NCBI RefSeq assembly: GCF_030651595.1
Contig: NZ_JAUSCH010000004.1
Coordinates: 74,026 to 138,025, forward strand
Direction: 5' to 3'
Length of the DNA stretch: 64,000 nucleotides
Source: Candidatus Oleimmundimicrobium sp.
GTDB taxonomy: Bacteria > Actinomycetota > Aquicultoria > UBA3085 > Oleimmundimicrobiaceae
Under the pieces are notes generated by a model. It ran no database searches, was not told the origin of the DNA, and saw only the letters and a list, made by a program, of their open reading frames with translations. The translations under genes and the position numbers were made by a program. Positions within the stretch are counted from its first letter, which is position 1. The number at the start of each line of letters is the position of its first letter. Of the stretch, positions 1 through 10,593 are shown one piece after another.

Positions 1-921
1 ATGGTGACAATTGACCCCCAATCACCCGATATAGCACAAGGGGTGAATTGTGCTTATGAAGAGAGAGTCGGGAAAGCTAACGATAATAACTTAAACGATG
101 TTGGAGCAGGGGACCAAGGCATGATGGTTGGATATGCGTGCAAGGAAACCCCAGAGCTTATGCCTATGCCAATCATGCTTGCTCATAAACTTGCGCATAG
201 GTTAGCAGAAGTTAGAAAGTCTAAAATACTTCCTTATTTAAGACCTGATGGTAAAACTCAAGTAACTATGGAGTACGAAGACGGGAAGCCGCTTATGGTT
301 AACACGGTTGTTATAGCTGCTCAGCATCGACCAGATGTTGAAGTGGACACAATTTTAACACCGGACATAATTGACCATGTATTAAAACCTGTCATACCTG
401 AAGATTATATTGATTACGACAACGTTAAGATTTTTATCAATCCTACCGGAAAATTTGTATTGGGTGGCCCCTCTGCAGATACAGGATTAACTGGAAGAAA
501 AATTATAGTTGACACATATGGTGGAGCAGCAAGGACAGGTGGAGGTTGTTTTTCCGGTAAAGACCCAACCAAAGTGGATAGGTCCGGTCATTACATGGCT
601 CGTTATATAGCAAAGAATATAGTGGCAGCGGAGTTGGCCGACAAATGTGAGGTTCAATTGGCGTACGCTATTGGGGTTGCACGTCCTGTGTCAATTATGG
701 CTGAGTGTTTTGGAACTGCTAAAATTGATCCCAATAAAATTGAGGAACTAATAGGTGAATATTTTGATTGTCGACCGGCTGCAATAATAAATAAATTTGA
801 TTTAAGAAGGCCAATTTACAAAAAAACAGCATGCTATGGTCACTTCGGGCGGAACGATAAGGATTTTGCGTGGGAAAAAACCGACATGGCCGATGTTTTA
901 AGGAAAGAAGCCAATTTATAA
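1..921 (+). CDS. metK: S-adenosylmethionine synthetase, C-terminal ~300 aa (5' end lies upstream of window)
   Basis: ORF translation carries MetK central and C-terminal motifs ([25 protein letters not shown]). No start codon in window. Confidence 0.9.
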   Translation: MVTIDPQSPDIAQGVNCAYEERVGKANDNNLNDVGAGDQGMMVGYACKETPELMPMPIMLAHKLAHRLAEVRKSKILPYLRPDGKTQVTMEYEDGKPLMVNTVVIAAQHRPDVEVDTILTPDIIDHVLKPVIPEDYIDYDNVKIFINPTGKFVLGGPSADTGLTGRKIIVDTYGGAARTGGGCFSGKDPTKVDRSGHYMARYIAKNIVAAELADKCEVQLAYAIGVARPVSIMAECFGTAKIDPNKIEELIGEYFDCRPAAIINKFDLRRPIYKKTACYGHFGRNDKDFAWEKTDMADVLRKEANL

Positions 922-1245
922 ACACAATAACCTGGCTAGTGGAACTATATACTTAGATTAAGTTAGGTAAACTTATATGCGAGTGAAAACCTTAAGCTAA
1001 ACAAAGAAGGCTTAATTTAATGAATATATCTTGAGCTCTTTTGAAGTTTTTGGTGAAAAATCTCCTTTTAATGTAAAAAGGCCGGACTGAAAAAGTTGCA
1101 AAAAATTCAAACCGGCTTCAATGATGTTTTTAACGTGGGGCTTAAAAAGAATTGATGGCCTTATTGTTAATAATATAAACATTTTTCTTATAATTTGCTA
1201 AACTTGAGGTTAATAGGGGATGTAAAAGAATGAAAGGAGTATAAA

Positions 1246-1599
1246 GTGTTTAAGGGTAAAGAATCAAAAACAGTTACTAAAAATTCAAAAGCTACAATCA
1301 ATAAAACTTTTGTTGGCCAACAACCAAAAATTTTCAATCGCGAGAAGCAAGAATATGCTCAGTTAATGAAATTTATAGCTATATCAAAACAAATTATCGA
1401 TGAAAATTTCAGTGTTGATAAAATAGCAGAAAAAGTTTATCAATGGCTAAAAAAATATTATAAAAATAAAGAGAAAGTGCTTTTAAAATTAAACAATCAA
1501 GAACAAAAAATTCTTTTAAATAATCTAAAAAAATCGGATTCAGAAGAATGTAAAAGATTGGCGTCAATAATCGAAATTGAAACGCGAATATCCAAATAA
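1246..1599 (+). CDS. hypothetical small lysine-rich protein
   Basis: 117-aa ORF with GTG start 6 nt after an AAAGGAG RBS. No recognisable domain. Confidence 0.45.
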   Translation: MFKGKESKTVTKNSKATINKTFVGQQPKIFNREKQEYAQLMKFIAISKQIIDENFSVDKIAEKVYQWLKKYYKNKEKVLLKLNNQEQKILLNNLKKSDSEECKRLASIIEIETRISK

Positions 1600-1663
1600 A
1601 TCATCGACGCCTTGTTTCCACAAAGCATTATATTGTGATATGAACTTTTTTGGGGAGGTTTCA

Positions 1664-2056
1664 ATGAATGTTGCAGAAGAGCTTTTAGGCTCGAAAGTTA
1701 GGGCTAAATTGCTTGAAGTTATATTTTTAAATCCTGAAACACATTATTACGGCAGACTTTTACAGAAAATTACCGGCTTAGATCATAAAGCGATATGGAG
1801 AGAGTTAAATATACTTGAGAAAACAGGTGTTATAAAATCGGAGAATGATGGCCGATTAAAAAGATATAGCGTAGTTTCTTTTCATGGTTCAGAAGATCTT
1901 GCAAATTTTATACTTAAATCAAGTGGCAAATTAAGGACAACAAAGAAACGATTACAAAGTGGAGCAAAGGTAAAAACTAATAAGACTCAAGGGGAGCTAC
2001 CTATAAAATCCCCCAAAAAAATAAAACAACTCACATTTGAATTAAATAAGGTTTAA
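1664..2056 (+). CDS. hypothetical protein, possible winged-helix DNA-binding
   Basis: ORF 1577..2056. Internal ATG at 1664 is preceded by a GGGGAGG RBS. The helix-turn-wing-like segment LLQKITGLDHKAIWRELNILEKTGVI is suggestive only. Confidence 0.4.
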   Translation: MNVAEELLGSKVRAKLLEVIFLNPETHYYGRLLQKITGLDHKAIWRELNILEKTGVIKSENDGRLKRYSVVSFHGSEDLANFILKSSGKLRTTKKRLQSGAKVKTNKTQGELPIKSPKKIKQLTFELNKV

Positions 2057-2076
2057 CCGAAAGTTTAGGTGAGAAT

Positions 2077-2859
2077 TTGAGTTCAAAGATAGGCATTATC
2101 GGTGGAAGCGGAATATATGAAGTTAAGGAATTACAGAAAAAAAAAGAGGAAAAAATAAAGACTCCATATGGAGAAATTTTGGTTTCTCATGCCAAGTGGG
2201 GAGATAGCGATCTTTTTTTCCTTCCAAGGCATGGCAAAAATCACAAAATTCCTCCTCATAAAGTAAATTATAGAGGGAATATATACGCGTTAAAACTTTG
2301 TGGCGTTGATAGAATTTTGTCAACTTCTGCATCTGGAAGCTTAAACAAAAAAATAAAACCCGGTGAAGTAGTTTTTATAAATCAATTTATTGATTTTACA
2401 AAAAGTAGACCCTCTACCTTTTTTGATGAGGGTGATGTTTTCCATGTTGATATGAGTGAGCCGTATTGCCCTGAGCTACACAATCTTTTCATTAAAGTTG
2501 CAAGTGAATTAGATATGAAATTCCACCCCGAGGGAACTTATTTATGTACGGAAGGCCCTAGATTTGAAACGCCGGCTGAAATAAAAGCATTTAAAATAAT
2601 GGGGGCTGATGTTGTAGGTATGACTAATGTTCCTGAGGTTATCCTTTCGAGAGAAGCAGAAATTTGTTATGCAAGCGTTGCGGTTGTGACAAATATGGCC
2701 GCTGGAATTGAGCAAAACAAACTTACCTCAGATGAAGTGTCGCAAGCAATGCAAGAGATGTCTCAAAGTGTTATTGAGCTTATCTTAAAGGTCATCAAAG
2801 AAATTCCAGCGAGAAGAAATTGCGCTTGTCGCAATGCTTTAAAAGGTTCTAAAATGTAA
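2077..2859 (+). CDS. mtnP: S-methyl-5'-thioadenosine phosphorylase (purine nucleoside phosphorylase family)
   Basis: TTG start after an AGGTGAG RBS. The N-terminus IGIIGGSGIYEV and PNP/MTAP family motifs (e.g. TxxPEV, GMTNVPEV) are present. Confidence 0.8.
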   Translation: MSSKIGIIGGSGIYEVKELQKKKEEKIKTPYGEILVSHAKWGDSDLFFLPRHGKNHKIPPHKVNYRGNIYALKLCGVDRILSTSASGSLNKKIKPGEVVFINQFIDFTKSRPSTFFDEGDVFHVDMSEPYCPELHNLFIKVASELDMKFHPEGTYLCTEGPRFETPAEIKAFKIMGADVVGMTNVPEVILSREAEICYASVAVVTNMAAGIEQNKLTSDEVSQAMQEMSQSVIELILKVIKEIPARRNCACRNALKGSKM

Positions 2860-4174
2860 TTCCTTTAAGCTTCTTTGAAAACAATCGAGCTTTGTTTAAA
2901 ATCTTTTCTTCGTTACAGGTCAACAAATTGCAGTTTTCGACGATTATTTTGCCATCGATTATAACCGTATCAACATCTGAACCTTTGGCGGAATAGGCAA
3001 GTTGTGAGTGTGCATCATAGAGGGGGACCAAGTGGGGTTTATTCGTGTCAAGCAGAACAATGTCAGCTTTTTTATTTATTTCCAATGAACCTATCTCTTT
3101 GTCGAGTCCGAATGATTTAGCGCCTCCCATTGTTGCCATCCATAGTGCTTGTTTTGCGCTTATTACTGTTGGGTCTTTTCTTGCAATTTTATGAAGTCTT
3201 GCAGCTGTTTGTATTTCGCCAAACATGTCTAAATCATTATTGCTTGCGGCTCCGTCGGTTCCCAGTCCTACCGTTATTCCCATCTTTAAAAGGTCAGGAA
3301 CAGGGCAAATTCCTGTTGCAAGTTTCATGTTACTTTGCGGGTTGTGGATGACTCCGGTTTTAGCCTCTTTTAATATTTCCATATCTTCCCTCGAAATCCA
3401 ATTAACGTGAGCCGCGCTAGTTTTTTCTGAAAGGACAGTTAAATCATTTAAATATGCTACGGAGGTCATCCCTTTTTCGGAAATTATTTTTTCATTTTCC
3501 CATTTTTCTTCGGCAAGATGTATTTGAAGAGGCACATCGTATTCTTTTGACATCTCAGCAGCTTGTTTAAGCAACCCAGAAGAGCATGTGTAGGGAGAAT
3601 GAGGCATAACTGCGGCCATAAGACGACTGCTTCCTTTTAAGCTTTCTATAAGCTTTTGTGCATTCTTTAAACCTTCTTCGGGTGATTTGCTGACTGGGGT
3701 TGGAAAATCGAGTAGGGGAACTCCAAGAATAGCCTTAATTTTAACATCTTCTAAAACTTCAGCAGCCACATTAGGTAAAAAGTACATATCACAAAAAGTT
3801 GTTGTTCCGCTTTTTAACATCTCTATTGCTGCGAGCTTTACGGCATTTCTAATGAATTCAGCATTTACGTATCGTGATTCAGCAGGCCAAATATGGTTTT
3901 CTAACCATTCTTTTAAAGGGAGATCATCAGCAAGTCCTCTAAAATAAACCATTGCAGCGTGTGTGTGCGCGTTTATCAAACCAGGAATAGCAATCTTATT
4001 TTTTGCAGAAACCGTTTTCCGGGCTCTATAAGCTTTGATTACATCCTCATTTTTTTCGATGTCAACAATTTTGCCGTCATCTATGGCTATTCCCGCATTT
4101 TCAATTACTGAGAAATTTTTATCAACGGTTACAGCCAAGCATCCTGAAATTAATAGATCAATTTGTTTTGGCAT
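2849..4174 (-). CDS. mtaD: 5-methylthioadenosine/S-adenosylhomocysteine deaminase (amidohydrolase superfamily)
   Basis: 441 aa with the amidohydrolase HxH metal motif (INAHTHAAM) and overall MtaD/Tm0936-like layout. Sits divergent-adjacent to mtnP. Confidence 0.7.
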   Translation of the reverse strand: MPKQIDLLISGCLAVTVDKNFSVIENAGIAIDDGKIVDIEKNEDVIKAYRARKTVSAKNKIAIPGLINAHTHAAMVYFRGLADDLPLKEWLENHIWPAESRYVNAEFIRNAVKLAAIEMLKSGTTTFCDMYFLPNVAAEVLEDVKIKAILGVPLLDFPTPVSKSPEEGLKNAQKLIESLKGSSRLMAAVMPHSPYTCSSGLLKQAAEMSKEYDVPLQIHLAEEKWENEKIISEKGMTSVAYLNDLTVLSEKTSAAHVNWISREDMEILKEAKTGVIHNPQSNMKLATGICPVPDLLKMGITVGLGTDGAASNNDLDMFGEIQTAARLHKIARKDPTVISAKQALWMATMGGAKSFGLDKEIGSLEINKKADIVLLDTNKPHLVPLYDAHSQLAYSAKGSDVDTVIIDGKIIVENCNLLTCNEEKILNKARLFSKKLKGITF

Positions 4175-4216
4175 TTTGCCTCCATTTAAATGATTTTAAA
4201 ACAAAATAAAAAATTC

Positions 4217-5101
4217 TTACAAAACTTCGAGACTTACGTAACACAGACCTCTGCTTGGAGAATAAATTTTTGAAAAAGCTGTCTTCGATAAATCAATAAC
4301 CCTGCCCCGCGCATATGGACCTCTGTCAATTATTTTTACGGTTACTTGCTGGCCGTTTAAAAGATTTGTAACTCTTACCATTGTTCCTTTGGGAAGAGTT
4401 TTATGGGCAGCAGTTAATCCTGGAATATTATACCAGCTTGCCCAGCCCTTTTCGCAATTTTTTGTAGAATTTACGGGTTTTTCCAAGATTGGCACACTTT
4501 TTGGTGGTTTAATATATGTTTTTAAGTTTGAAAGAGCTATCTTTTCTTCGTTTAGTTCTTTCTTTAACTTTAGTTTCAGTTCGTTGGTTTGGGTCACCAA
4601 TTTTTCCTGTTTTTCATAATTTTCTTGCAGTTTACTTAATTGTAATTGAATTTCTGATTTTGAAAGTTGGAATTCTTTTATTAGTTTAGCGTCTTTTTTT
4701 GAGATATTAATTAAGGCATTAAGAGTAAAAAAGAAGTCGTGAACATTATTGTTATTAAGAAGAGTCATTGCCGGTAAAAAATCATTTTGTTTGTAAAGGA
4801 TTACAATTCTTGCACTTAGTCCATCTACTGATTTATTAAGATCACCCTCAGCATCGTTAAGACGGGTTTCAGTTTCAACCATTTCATTTTGAGATTTTAT
4901 AAGATATAACATTGCTTCGTTGTATTTTTTTACGGTTTTGTCCAGTTGTCCTTCAATTTTTTTTGTATCAAGTTTTAATTTTTTAGTTTCTTCATTTTGA
5001 ACTGCTAAAATTGTTGTCGGGGTTAAGCTTAAAATAATAATTAAAATAGTTGCCGAATAAAAAACTTTGGCTGGAAAATTTTTTGAGGAAAGTAACTTCA
5101 A
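4217..5101 (-). CDS. secreted coiled-coil protein with C-terminal RlpA-like/3D (double-psi beta-barrel) domain
   Basis: N-terminal hydrophobic signal/TM segment, a long coiled-coil region, and a C-terminal CEKGWASWY...GTMVRVTNL..VTVKIIDRGPY segment typical of the RlpA/3D DPBB fold. Confidence 0.6.
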   Translation of the reverse strand: MKLLSSKNFPAKVFYSATILIIILSLTPTTILAVQNEETKKLKLDTKKIEGQLDKTVKKYNEAMLYLIKSQNEMVETETRLNDAEGDLNKSVDGLSARIVILYKQNDFLPAMTLLNNNNVHDFFFTLNALINISKKDAKLIKEFQLSKSEIQLQLSKLQENYEKQEKLVTQTNELKLKLKKELNEEKIALSNLKTYIKPPKSVPILEKPVNSTKNCEKGWASWYNIPGLTAAHKTLPKGTMVRVTNLLNGQQVTVKIIDRGPYARGRVIDLSKTAFSKIYSPSRGLCYVSLEVL

Positions 5102-5168
5102 ATTAGTCTCACCCCTTGAATATCATAGGGCACAAATTTAAGAAAAATTATAGCATAGATGATAAGAT

Positions 5169-7679
5169 TTGGAAGAATTGTTAAATGGTATAGATTTAAA
5201 AAATTTTATTTATGATTGCGTAGAGGTTAAATTGTCTAAAAAAATTGCTCAAATAATCATCGATATCCCTGTTAAAAATGTAGATCGTCCCTTCGAGTAT
5301 TCAGTACCATCAAACATCGAGGGAAATATTAATATCGGCTCCTCGGTATTGGTTTCTTTTGGGTCACGCCTGCAGTTAGGTTATGTTGTCGGTTTTCTTG
5401 AAAAACCCACTGTAAAATATTTAAACCCAATTCTCGATTTGATAGAGAAAGAACCTATCTTTGATAAAAATATGATAAATTTGTGCCGTTGGATTTCGGA
5501 ACATTATTTATCGACTTTAAGTGAGTCCTTAAAACTTATTTTTCCTCCAGGAAGACTTAGACGGTTGCAGCAAGTTTTAATTTTGCAAGATGAGGTGGGA
5601 AAAAAATTACCCACGGAACGTCAAAAAGAGTTTGTAAGTTTTCTCGAAAAAATGGGAGGAGAGGTTCCTCTTAATAAAATTCGAAAACGTTACCCGGTTG
5701 GCTTATCAAGTTTAATTGGGAATCTTGAAAAGAATGGTTTTTTAAAGAAAAAATATGTAATTTCTAAGCCCCGAATTAATACAAAAATAGAAAGGTATGC
5801 TGCTTTAAATCCTTCAATAGATGATCCGAAAAATTTAATTGCTTCCTTAGGCACAAGAGCACCTAAACAAAAAAAACTGATAGCGCTTCTTTTAGAAGAA
5901 AAAAGCATGCCGGTACATAAACTTCTTTCAATTACAGGTAGCTCGCATCAGTCTTTAAAATCTCTAACAAAAAAGAAAATTGTGGTCCTGAGCGAAAAAC
6001 CGACATTCAGAGAGTCAGATTTCTTTTATCCCGAAAATTTTTCTCTTCCCATTCAATTGACCAACGAGCAAACTAAAGCGCTTAAGCGAGTAAAAGAGGC
6101 CATTAATAAAGAGATGTATCATGTTCAACTTTTACAAGGGGTAACCGGTAGCGGAAAGACTGAAATCTATTTGCAAGCTATAGTTGAAGTTTTAAATAAA
6201 GACAAGACGGCCATAGTTCTTGTTCCCGAAATTGCCCTAACTCCGCAAACGGTTCATAGGTTTCGCTCTCGTTTCGGTGAAGCAGTTGCGGTTCTTCATA
6301 GTGGCCTTGGACTTGGTGAACGGTTTGATCAATGGGAAAAAGTTAAACACGGGAAATGCAACATTGTTGTTGGTGCACGCTCTGCTCTTTTTGCACCTTT
6401 AAAAAATTTAGGGCTTATTGCTATCGATGAAGAGCACGAAATTAGCTATAAGCAAAATAGTAATCCTCGTTACCATGCAAGAGATGTCGCTAAAAAATTG
6501 GCCAAATTAAACAATGCTTTATTAATCTTAGGGAGTGCTACACCAAGCATAGAAAGCAAACATGAAGCCGAACAAAAAAACTACGAACTTCTTAGATTAA
6601 CTAAAAGAGTTAAAGATATAAAATTTCCACAAGTTGAGATAGTCGATATGAGAGAGGAGAGCTCAAAGGAAAATTTTGGGATATTTAGCCCAACGCTCCT
6701 TACCGAAATGGAGAAATGCATATCTTCTAAGAAAAAAATGATACTTTTTTTAAATCGACGCGGTTATGCTAACTTTATTTTGTGTAGAGATTGCGGCTTT
6801 GTTTTAAAGTGCAAACGATGCGATGTTTCATTAGTCTATCATTTTAATGACAAAACAATGCGTTGCCATCACTGTGGTTATACTGTTTATTTTTCAAAGC
6901 TATGTCCTAATTGCAAGGGGCATCGAATAGGGTATTTTGGTTTAGGAACACAACGCGTTGAGAGCGAAATTAAAAAAATTTTCCCTGATGTGCCTTTAAT
7001 CCGCATGGATGCGGATACGACTACGAAAAGAGATTCCCACCGTAAAAAATTAATCGAGTTTGAAAACTTAGATGTGGGAATACTTTTGGGAACCCAGATG
7101 ATTGCAAAAGGGTTAGATTTTCCGGATGTAACGTTAGTTGGCGCAATAAACGCTGACACGGCTCTACATTTACCGGATTTTAGGGCGAGTGAGCGAACTT
7201 TTCAATTATTAATGCAATTGAGTGGCAGGGCAGGTCGAGGGGGATTTCCTAGTAAGGTAATCATACAGACCTACTGTCCTGATTCATACGCAATTTCTGC
7301 AATAGAAAAGTACACATATGATGAATTTTTTAAAGAAGAAATAAAAACAAGAGACGAGCTTAGCTATCCTCCATTCTCTCAATTAATTAACATTTTGTTC
7401 TTGGGTAAAGACGAAAAAAAAGTAATTGAAGAAGCTTATTCATTTAGCGATACTTTCACCAAAACCGGTGAAAAAAAATGGTTGAAGAGTTCTTTGGGTC
7501 CGGTGCCGGCGCCACTTTCAAAAATTAAAAACAAATATCGCTGGCATATGATTTTAAAAACTACTAATTCTGTTGAGGCGGCCAATTTTTTAAGAGAAAA
7601 TTTAAAAACTTTGATTTCAAAGAAATATGCAAAAGATGTTAATATATTAATAGACGTAGATCCGATTTGGACGTTATAG
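5169..7679 (+). CDS. priA: primosomal protein N' (replication restart helicase PriA)
   Basis: Walker A GVTGSGKTE, DEEH box, Cys-rich zinc-binding region (CRDCG...CKRC...CHHCG...CPNC). An alternative TTG start near 5232 is possible. Confidence 0.9.
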   Translation: MEELLNGIDLKNFIYDCVEVKLSKKIAQIIIDIPVKNVDRPFEYSVPSNIEGNINIGSSVLVSFGSRLQLGYVVGFLEKPTVKYLNPILDLIEKEPIFDKNMINLCRWISEHYLSTLSESLKLIFPPGRLRRLQQVLILQDEVGKKLPTERQKEFVSFLEKMGGEVPLNKIRKRYPVGLSSLIGNLEKNGFLKKKYVISKPRINTKIERYAALNPSIDDPKNLIASLGTRAPKQKKLIALLLEEKSMPVHKLLSITGSSHQSLKSLTKKKIVVLSEKPTFRESDFFYPENFSLPIQLTNEQTKALKRVKEAINKEMYHVQLLQGVTGSGKTEIYLQAIVEVLNKDKTAIVLVPEIALTPQTVHRFRSRFGEAVAVLHSGLGLGERFDQWEKVKHGKCNIVVGARSALFAPLKNLGLIAIDEEHEISYKQNSNPRYHARDVAKKLAKLNNALLILGSATPSIESKHEAEQKNYELLRLTKRVKDIKFPQVEIVDMREESSKENFGIFSPTLLTEMEKCISSKKKMILFLNRRGYANFILCRDCGFVLKCKRCDVSLVYHFNDKTMRCHHCGYTVYFSKLCPNCKGHRIGYFGLGTQRVESEIKKIFPDVPLIRMDADTTTKRDSHRKKLIEFENLDVGILLGTQMIAKGLDFPDVTLVGAINADTALHLPDFRASERTFQLLMQLSGRAGRGGFPSKVIIQTYCPDSYAISAIEKYTYDEFFKEEIKTRDELSYPPFSQLINILFLGKDEKKVIEEAYSFSDTFTKTGEKKWLKSSLGPVPAPLSKIKNKYRWHMILKTTNSVEAANFLRENLKTLISKKYAKDVNILIDVDPIWTL

Positions 7680-7744
7680 TTCAGAAGATGAAATAAGATC
7701 TTGAAATAATTTTTTTGCAATATTTTAAATGACGGAGGTTTGTT

Positions 7745-8236
7745 GTGACAGTTTTAAAAATTAGAGAATTTGGAGATCCTGGGCTTAAAGAAAAATGTCA
7801 CAAGATCGTCGTTGGAAAACAAAACCTAAACGAGCTTATAAAAAACATGGCGGATACGATGTATGGTGCGCCCGGAGTTGGGCTTTCTGCTCCTCAAGTG
7901 GGGATTTTGGAACAATTGTTTATTTATGATGTAGGTGACGGCCTTCAGGTTTACATAAATCCTAAAATTGTTGCTGTGGAAGGTGAAGATATAGACGAAG
8001 AGGGCTGTCTAAGCATTCCAAATATTCAAGTTCCGGTGAAAAGGGCCAAAAAAGTGAAAATTTCAACTTTAAACGCGAAGGGAAAGAACGTCACATTTGT
8101 GGCAGATGGTTTATTGGCACGAGTCATTCAACACGAGATAGACCATTTAAACGGGATACTTATTCTCGACAAAACAGACGTTGCAAATAGAAGGAATGCT
8201 TTAATGGAGCTTAGCAAAAAGATTGAGATAGATTAA
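7745..8236 (+). CDS. def: peptide deformylase
   Basis: GTG start after a GGAGG RBS. Motifs GVGLSAPQVG, EGCLS and HEIDHLNG are present. Confidence 0.9.
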   Translation: MTVLKIREFGDPGLKEKCHKIVVGKQNLNELIKNMADTMYGAPGVGLSAPQVGILEQLFIYDVGDGLQVYINPKIVAVEGEDIDEEGCLSIPNIQVPVKRAKKVKISTLNAKGKNVTFVADGLLARVIQHEIDHLNGILILDKTDVANRRNALMELSKKIEID

Positions 8237-8237
8237 A

Positions 8238-9182
8238 GTGGAGGAAAATTTGAAAATTATATTTGCCGGAACTCCAAAGTTCGCATTGCCATCTTTAAAA
8301 ACTTTATTAAATTCTCACCATGAAATAATCGCAATAATAACTCAACCGGATAGACCAAGAGGAAGGCATTTAAAATTAATGGCTTCACCCATAAAAAAAA
8401 TGGCAATTAGTTATAAAATACCAGTATTTCAGCCATTAACCCTAAATAATGAGGAGTTTAAAGAAAAAATAGTTGAACTTAAACCTGATATAGTTATAGT
8501 GGTTGCTTTTGGGCAATTAATTCCTCAGTGGTTACTTAACTTACCGAAATATGGGTGTGTAAATGCTCACGCATCTCTTTTGCCAAAATATCGTGGAGCG
8601 GCTCCAATTCAAAGAGTTATTATGGATGGTTCTTCTGAAACAGGTGTAACAACCATGTTTATGGATAACGAGCTTGATACAGGCGATATATTGTTGCAAA
8701 CAAAGGTATCTATCTCTGATGATGAAACCGCCGGAGAGTTGCACGACAAGCTCGCCGAGCTAAGTTCCAATTTACTTTTAAAGACCATTGACGGCCTTGA
8801 TGCGGGAACCATTAAACCGATAAGGCAAAATGATACTGAGGCCAGTTTTGCTCCAAAAATTAAAGACAATGAAACCAAAATTAATTGGGGCAATTCTGCC
8901 GAAAAAATTAGAAATATTATTCGTGCATTAAATCCAACTCCCGGGGCACACACTCTCTTTAAAGGTAAACGGTTAAAAATTTTTAAAGTCGAGACAGTTT
9001 CCCCAAAAAACCATTTCCCCCCGGGGACAATTAGCGAAGTGGAAAAGAATATTGGTTTTATGGTTAATGCTTCAGATAAGGCCCTTTTGATTCTCGAAGT
9101 TCAACCTGAAGGTAAAAGAATTATGGCTGCCAATGAATTTTGTAAAGGCCATAATCTTAAAAAGGGAGACAGGGTCGAGTAA
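8238..9182 (+). CDS. fmt: methionyl-tRNA formyltransferase
   Basis: Formyltransferase N- and C-terminal domains, including the HASLLPKYRGAAPI motif. The def-fmt arrangement is the usual one. Confidence 0.9.
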   Translation: MEENLKIIFAGTPKFALPSLKTLLNSHHEIIAIITQPDRPRGRHLKLMASPIKKMAISYKIPVFQPLTLNNEEFKEKIVELKPDIVIVVAFGQLIPQWLLNLPKYGCVNAHASLLPKYRGAAPIQRVIMDGSSETGVTTMFMDNELDTGDILLQTKVSISDDETAGELHDKLAELSSNLLLKTIDGLDAGTIKPIRQNDTEASFAPKIKDNETKINWGNSAEKIRNIIRALNPTPGAHTLFKGKRLKIFKVETVSPKNHFPPGTISEVEKNIGFMVNASDKALLILEVQPEGKRIMAANEFCKGHNLKKGDRVE

Positions 9183-10522
9183 TGATTATATCAGCTAGAG
9201 AGTTAGCCCTAAATGTTATTTATAAAGTTCACACGGATAAAGGTTTTGTAAATCCTCTTCTATCTAAAGCTTTTACAAAAAGCAAATTATCACGTTTAGA
9301 TAAAGCTCTTACAACAGAGCTTGTATATGGAACGCTGAGAATGGAAGGTTCGATTGATTGGATTATTTCTCAGTTTTCTTCCAGAAAAATTAATGAAATT
9401 TCTCCTAAAGCACTCGATATTTTGAGACTTGGAGTTTACCAAATTTTTTATTTAGATAAAATCCCCGCTAGGGCGGCTATTGATGAATCCGTAAAACTTG
9501 CTAAGAAAAATTTTCATCAAGGAATTGCAAACTTTACAAACGGGATTCTTCGCGAAATAGAGCGGAACAAAGATAAAATAATCTACCCCAAAAAGGAAGA
9601 TGATTTAGTAACTTACATTTCCATAAAATATTCCCACCCTAAATGGCTGGTCCAAAAATGGATAAGGGAGATGGGGCCGGAGGAGACAGAGGATTTATGT
9701 AAGGAAAACAACGTGAGGCCAAAACTTAAACTACGAACAAACCTTCTAAAAAATACGGCCAAAAAATTGGCAAATTTGCTTAAAAAGAAAGGTATTACAA
9801 CTTTTCCAAGTGATTTATTACCTGAGGGTTTGGTAATTGCTGACGGATTGAATTTAGATGAATTAGAGGAATTTAAAAAGGGTCTTTTCTTCGTTCAAGA
9901 CGAAAGCTCAATGGTGGTTTCTCATGTTTTAAGTCCTCAAGAAGGTGAAACTGTCTTAGACATATGTGCTGCTCCTGGAGGGAAAACAACCCATTTGGCC
10001 GAGATTATGAAGAATAAAGGACTAATTATTGCCATCGATATTAATTCGGCGCGGTTGTGCCTTCTTGAACAGTCATGTAAAAGAATGGGTTGTGAAATAG
10101 CTTCTATTGTTGAGCTTGATGCGTTAAAGCTGGATAAGTTATTGCGTAAGCCGGTGGATAAGATCTTGCTCGATGCTCCTTGCTCGGGTTTGGGGGTATT
10201 AGCGCGAAGACCGGACGCGCGGTGGAGAAAAAATTCGCAACAAATCCGTGAACTTGCTATCTTACAACAAAAATTGCTCGAATCCGCCGCGCGTTTTCTT
10301 AAATGCGGGGGCAGGTTAGTTTATTCGGTTTGCACTATTTCAAATGAGGAAACACTTGATATAATTACTAATTTTCTTGATACTCATTCCGAATTCGAGC
10401 TTGAAGATATAAACGACCGGTTACCGAAACAATTAAAAACTGGAGATAAATGGATACAATTTTTACCGCACAAACACAAAACCGATGGAATGTTTATTGC
10501 AAGTTTAATTAGAATTAAATAA
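9182..10522 (+). CDS. rsmB: 16S rRNA (cytosine967-C5)-methyltransferase RsmB/Sun
   Basis: NusB-like N-terminal region, a SAM-binding motif (DxCAAPGGKT), the catalytic PCSG motif, and a def-fmt-rsmB context. Confidence 0.85.
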   Translation: MIISARELALNVIYKVHTDKGFVNPLLSKAFTKSKLSRLDKALTTELVYGTLRMEGSIDWIISQFSSRKINEISPKALDILRLGVYQIFYLDKIPARAAIDESVKLAKKNFHQGIANFTNGILREIERNKDKIIYPKKEDDLVTYISIKYSHPKWLVQKWIREMGPEETEDLCKENNVRPKLKLRTNLLKNTAKKLANLLKKKGITTFPSDLLPEGLVIADGLNLDELEEFKKGLFFVQDESSMVVSHVLSPQEGETVLDICAAPGGKTTHLAEIMKNKGLIIAIDINSARLCLLEQSCKRMGCEIASIVELDALKLDKLLRKPVDKILLDAPCSGLGVLARRPDARWRKNSQQIRELAILQQKLLESAARFLKCGGRLVYSVCTISNEETLDIITNFLDTHSEFELEDINDRLPKQLKTGDKWIQFLPHKHKTDGMFIASLIRIK

Positions 10523-10593
10523 CTGTGTATCTTAAGCAACGTTGAAGATTGTTTGGTTCAATGTTAAAATTTAACAAATTTATTCACAAAGGA

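Noticed and set aside
930-1245. Possible terminator or promoter elements downstream of metK
   Set aside because: There are only weak hairpins and a TTGTTA-N19-TATAAT with non-optimal spacing. This is insufficient to call.
5169-5234. Alternative TTG start for priA at ~5232
   Set aside because: Both starts are plausible. Without homolog alignment, the longest ORF with an ATG is retained and the alternative is noted in the evidence.
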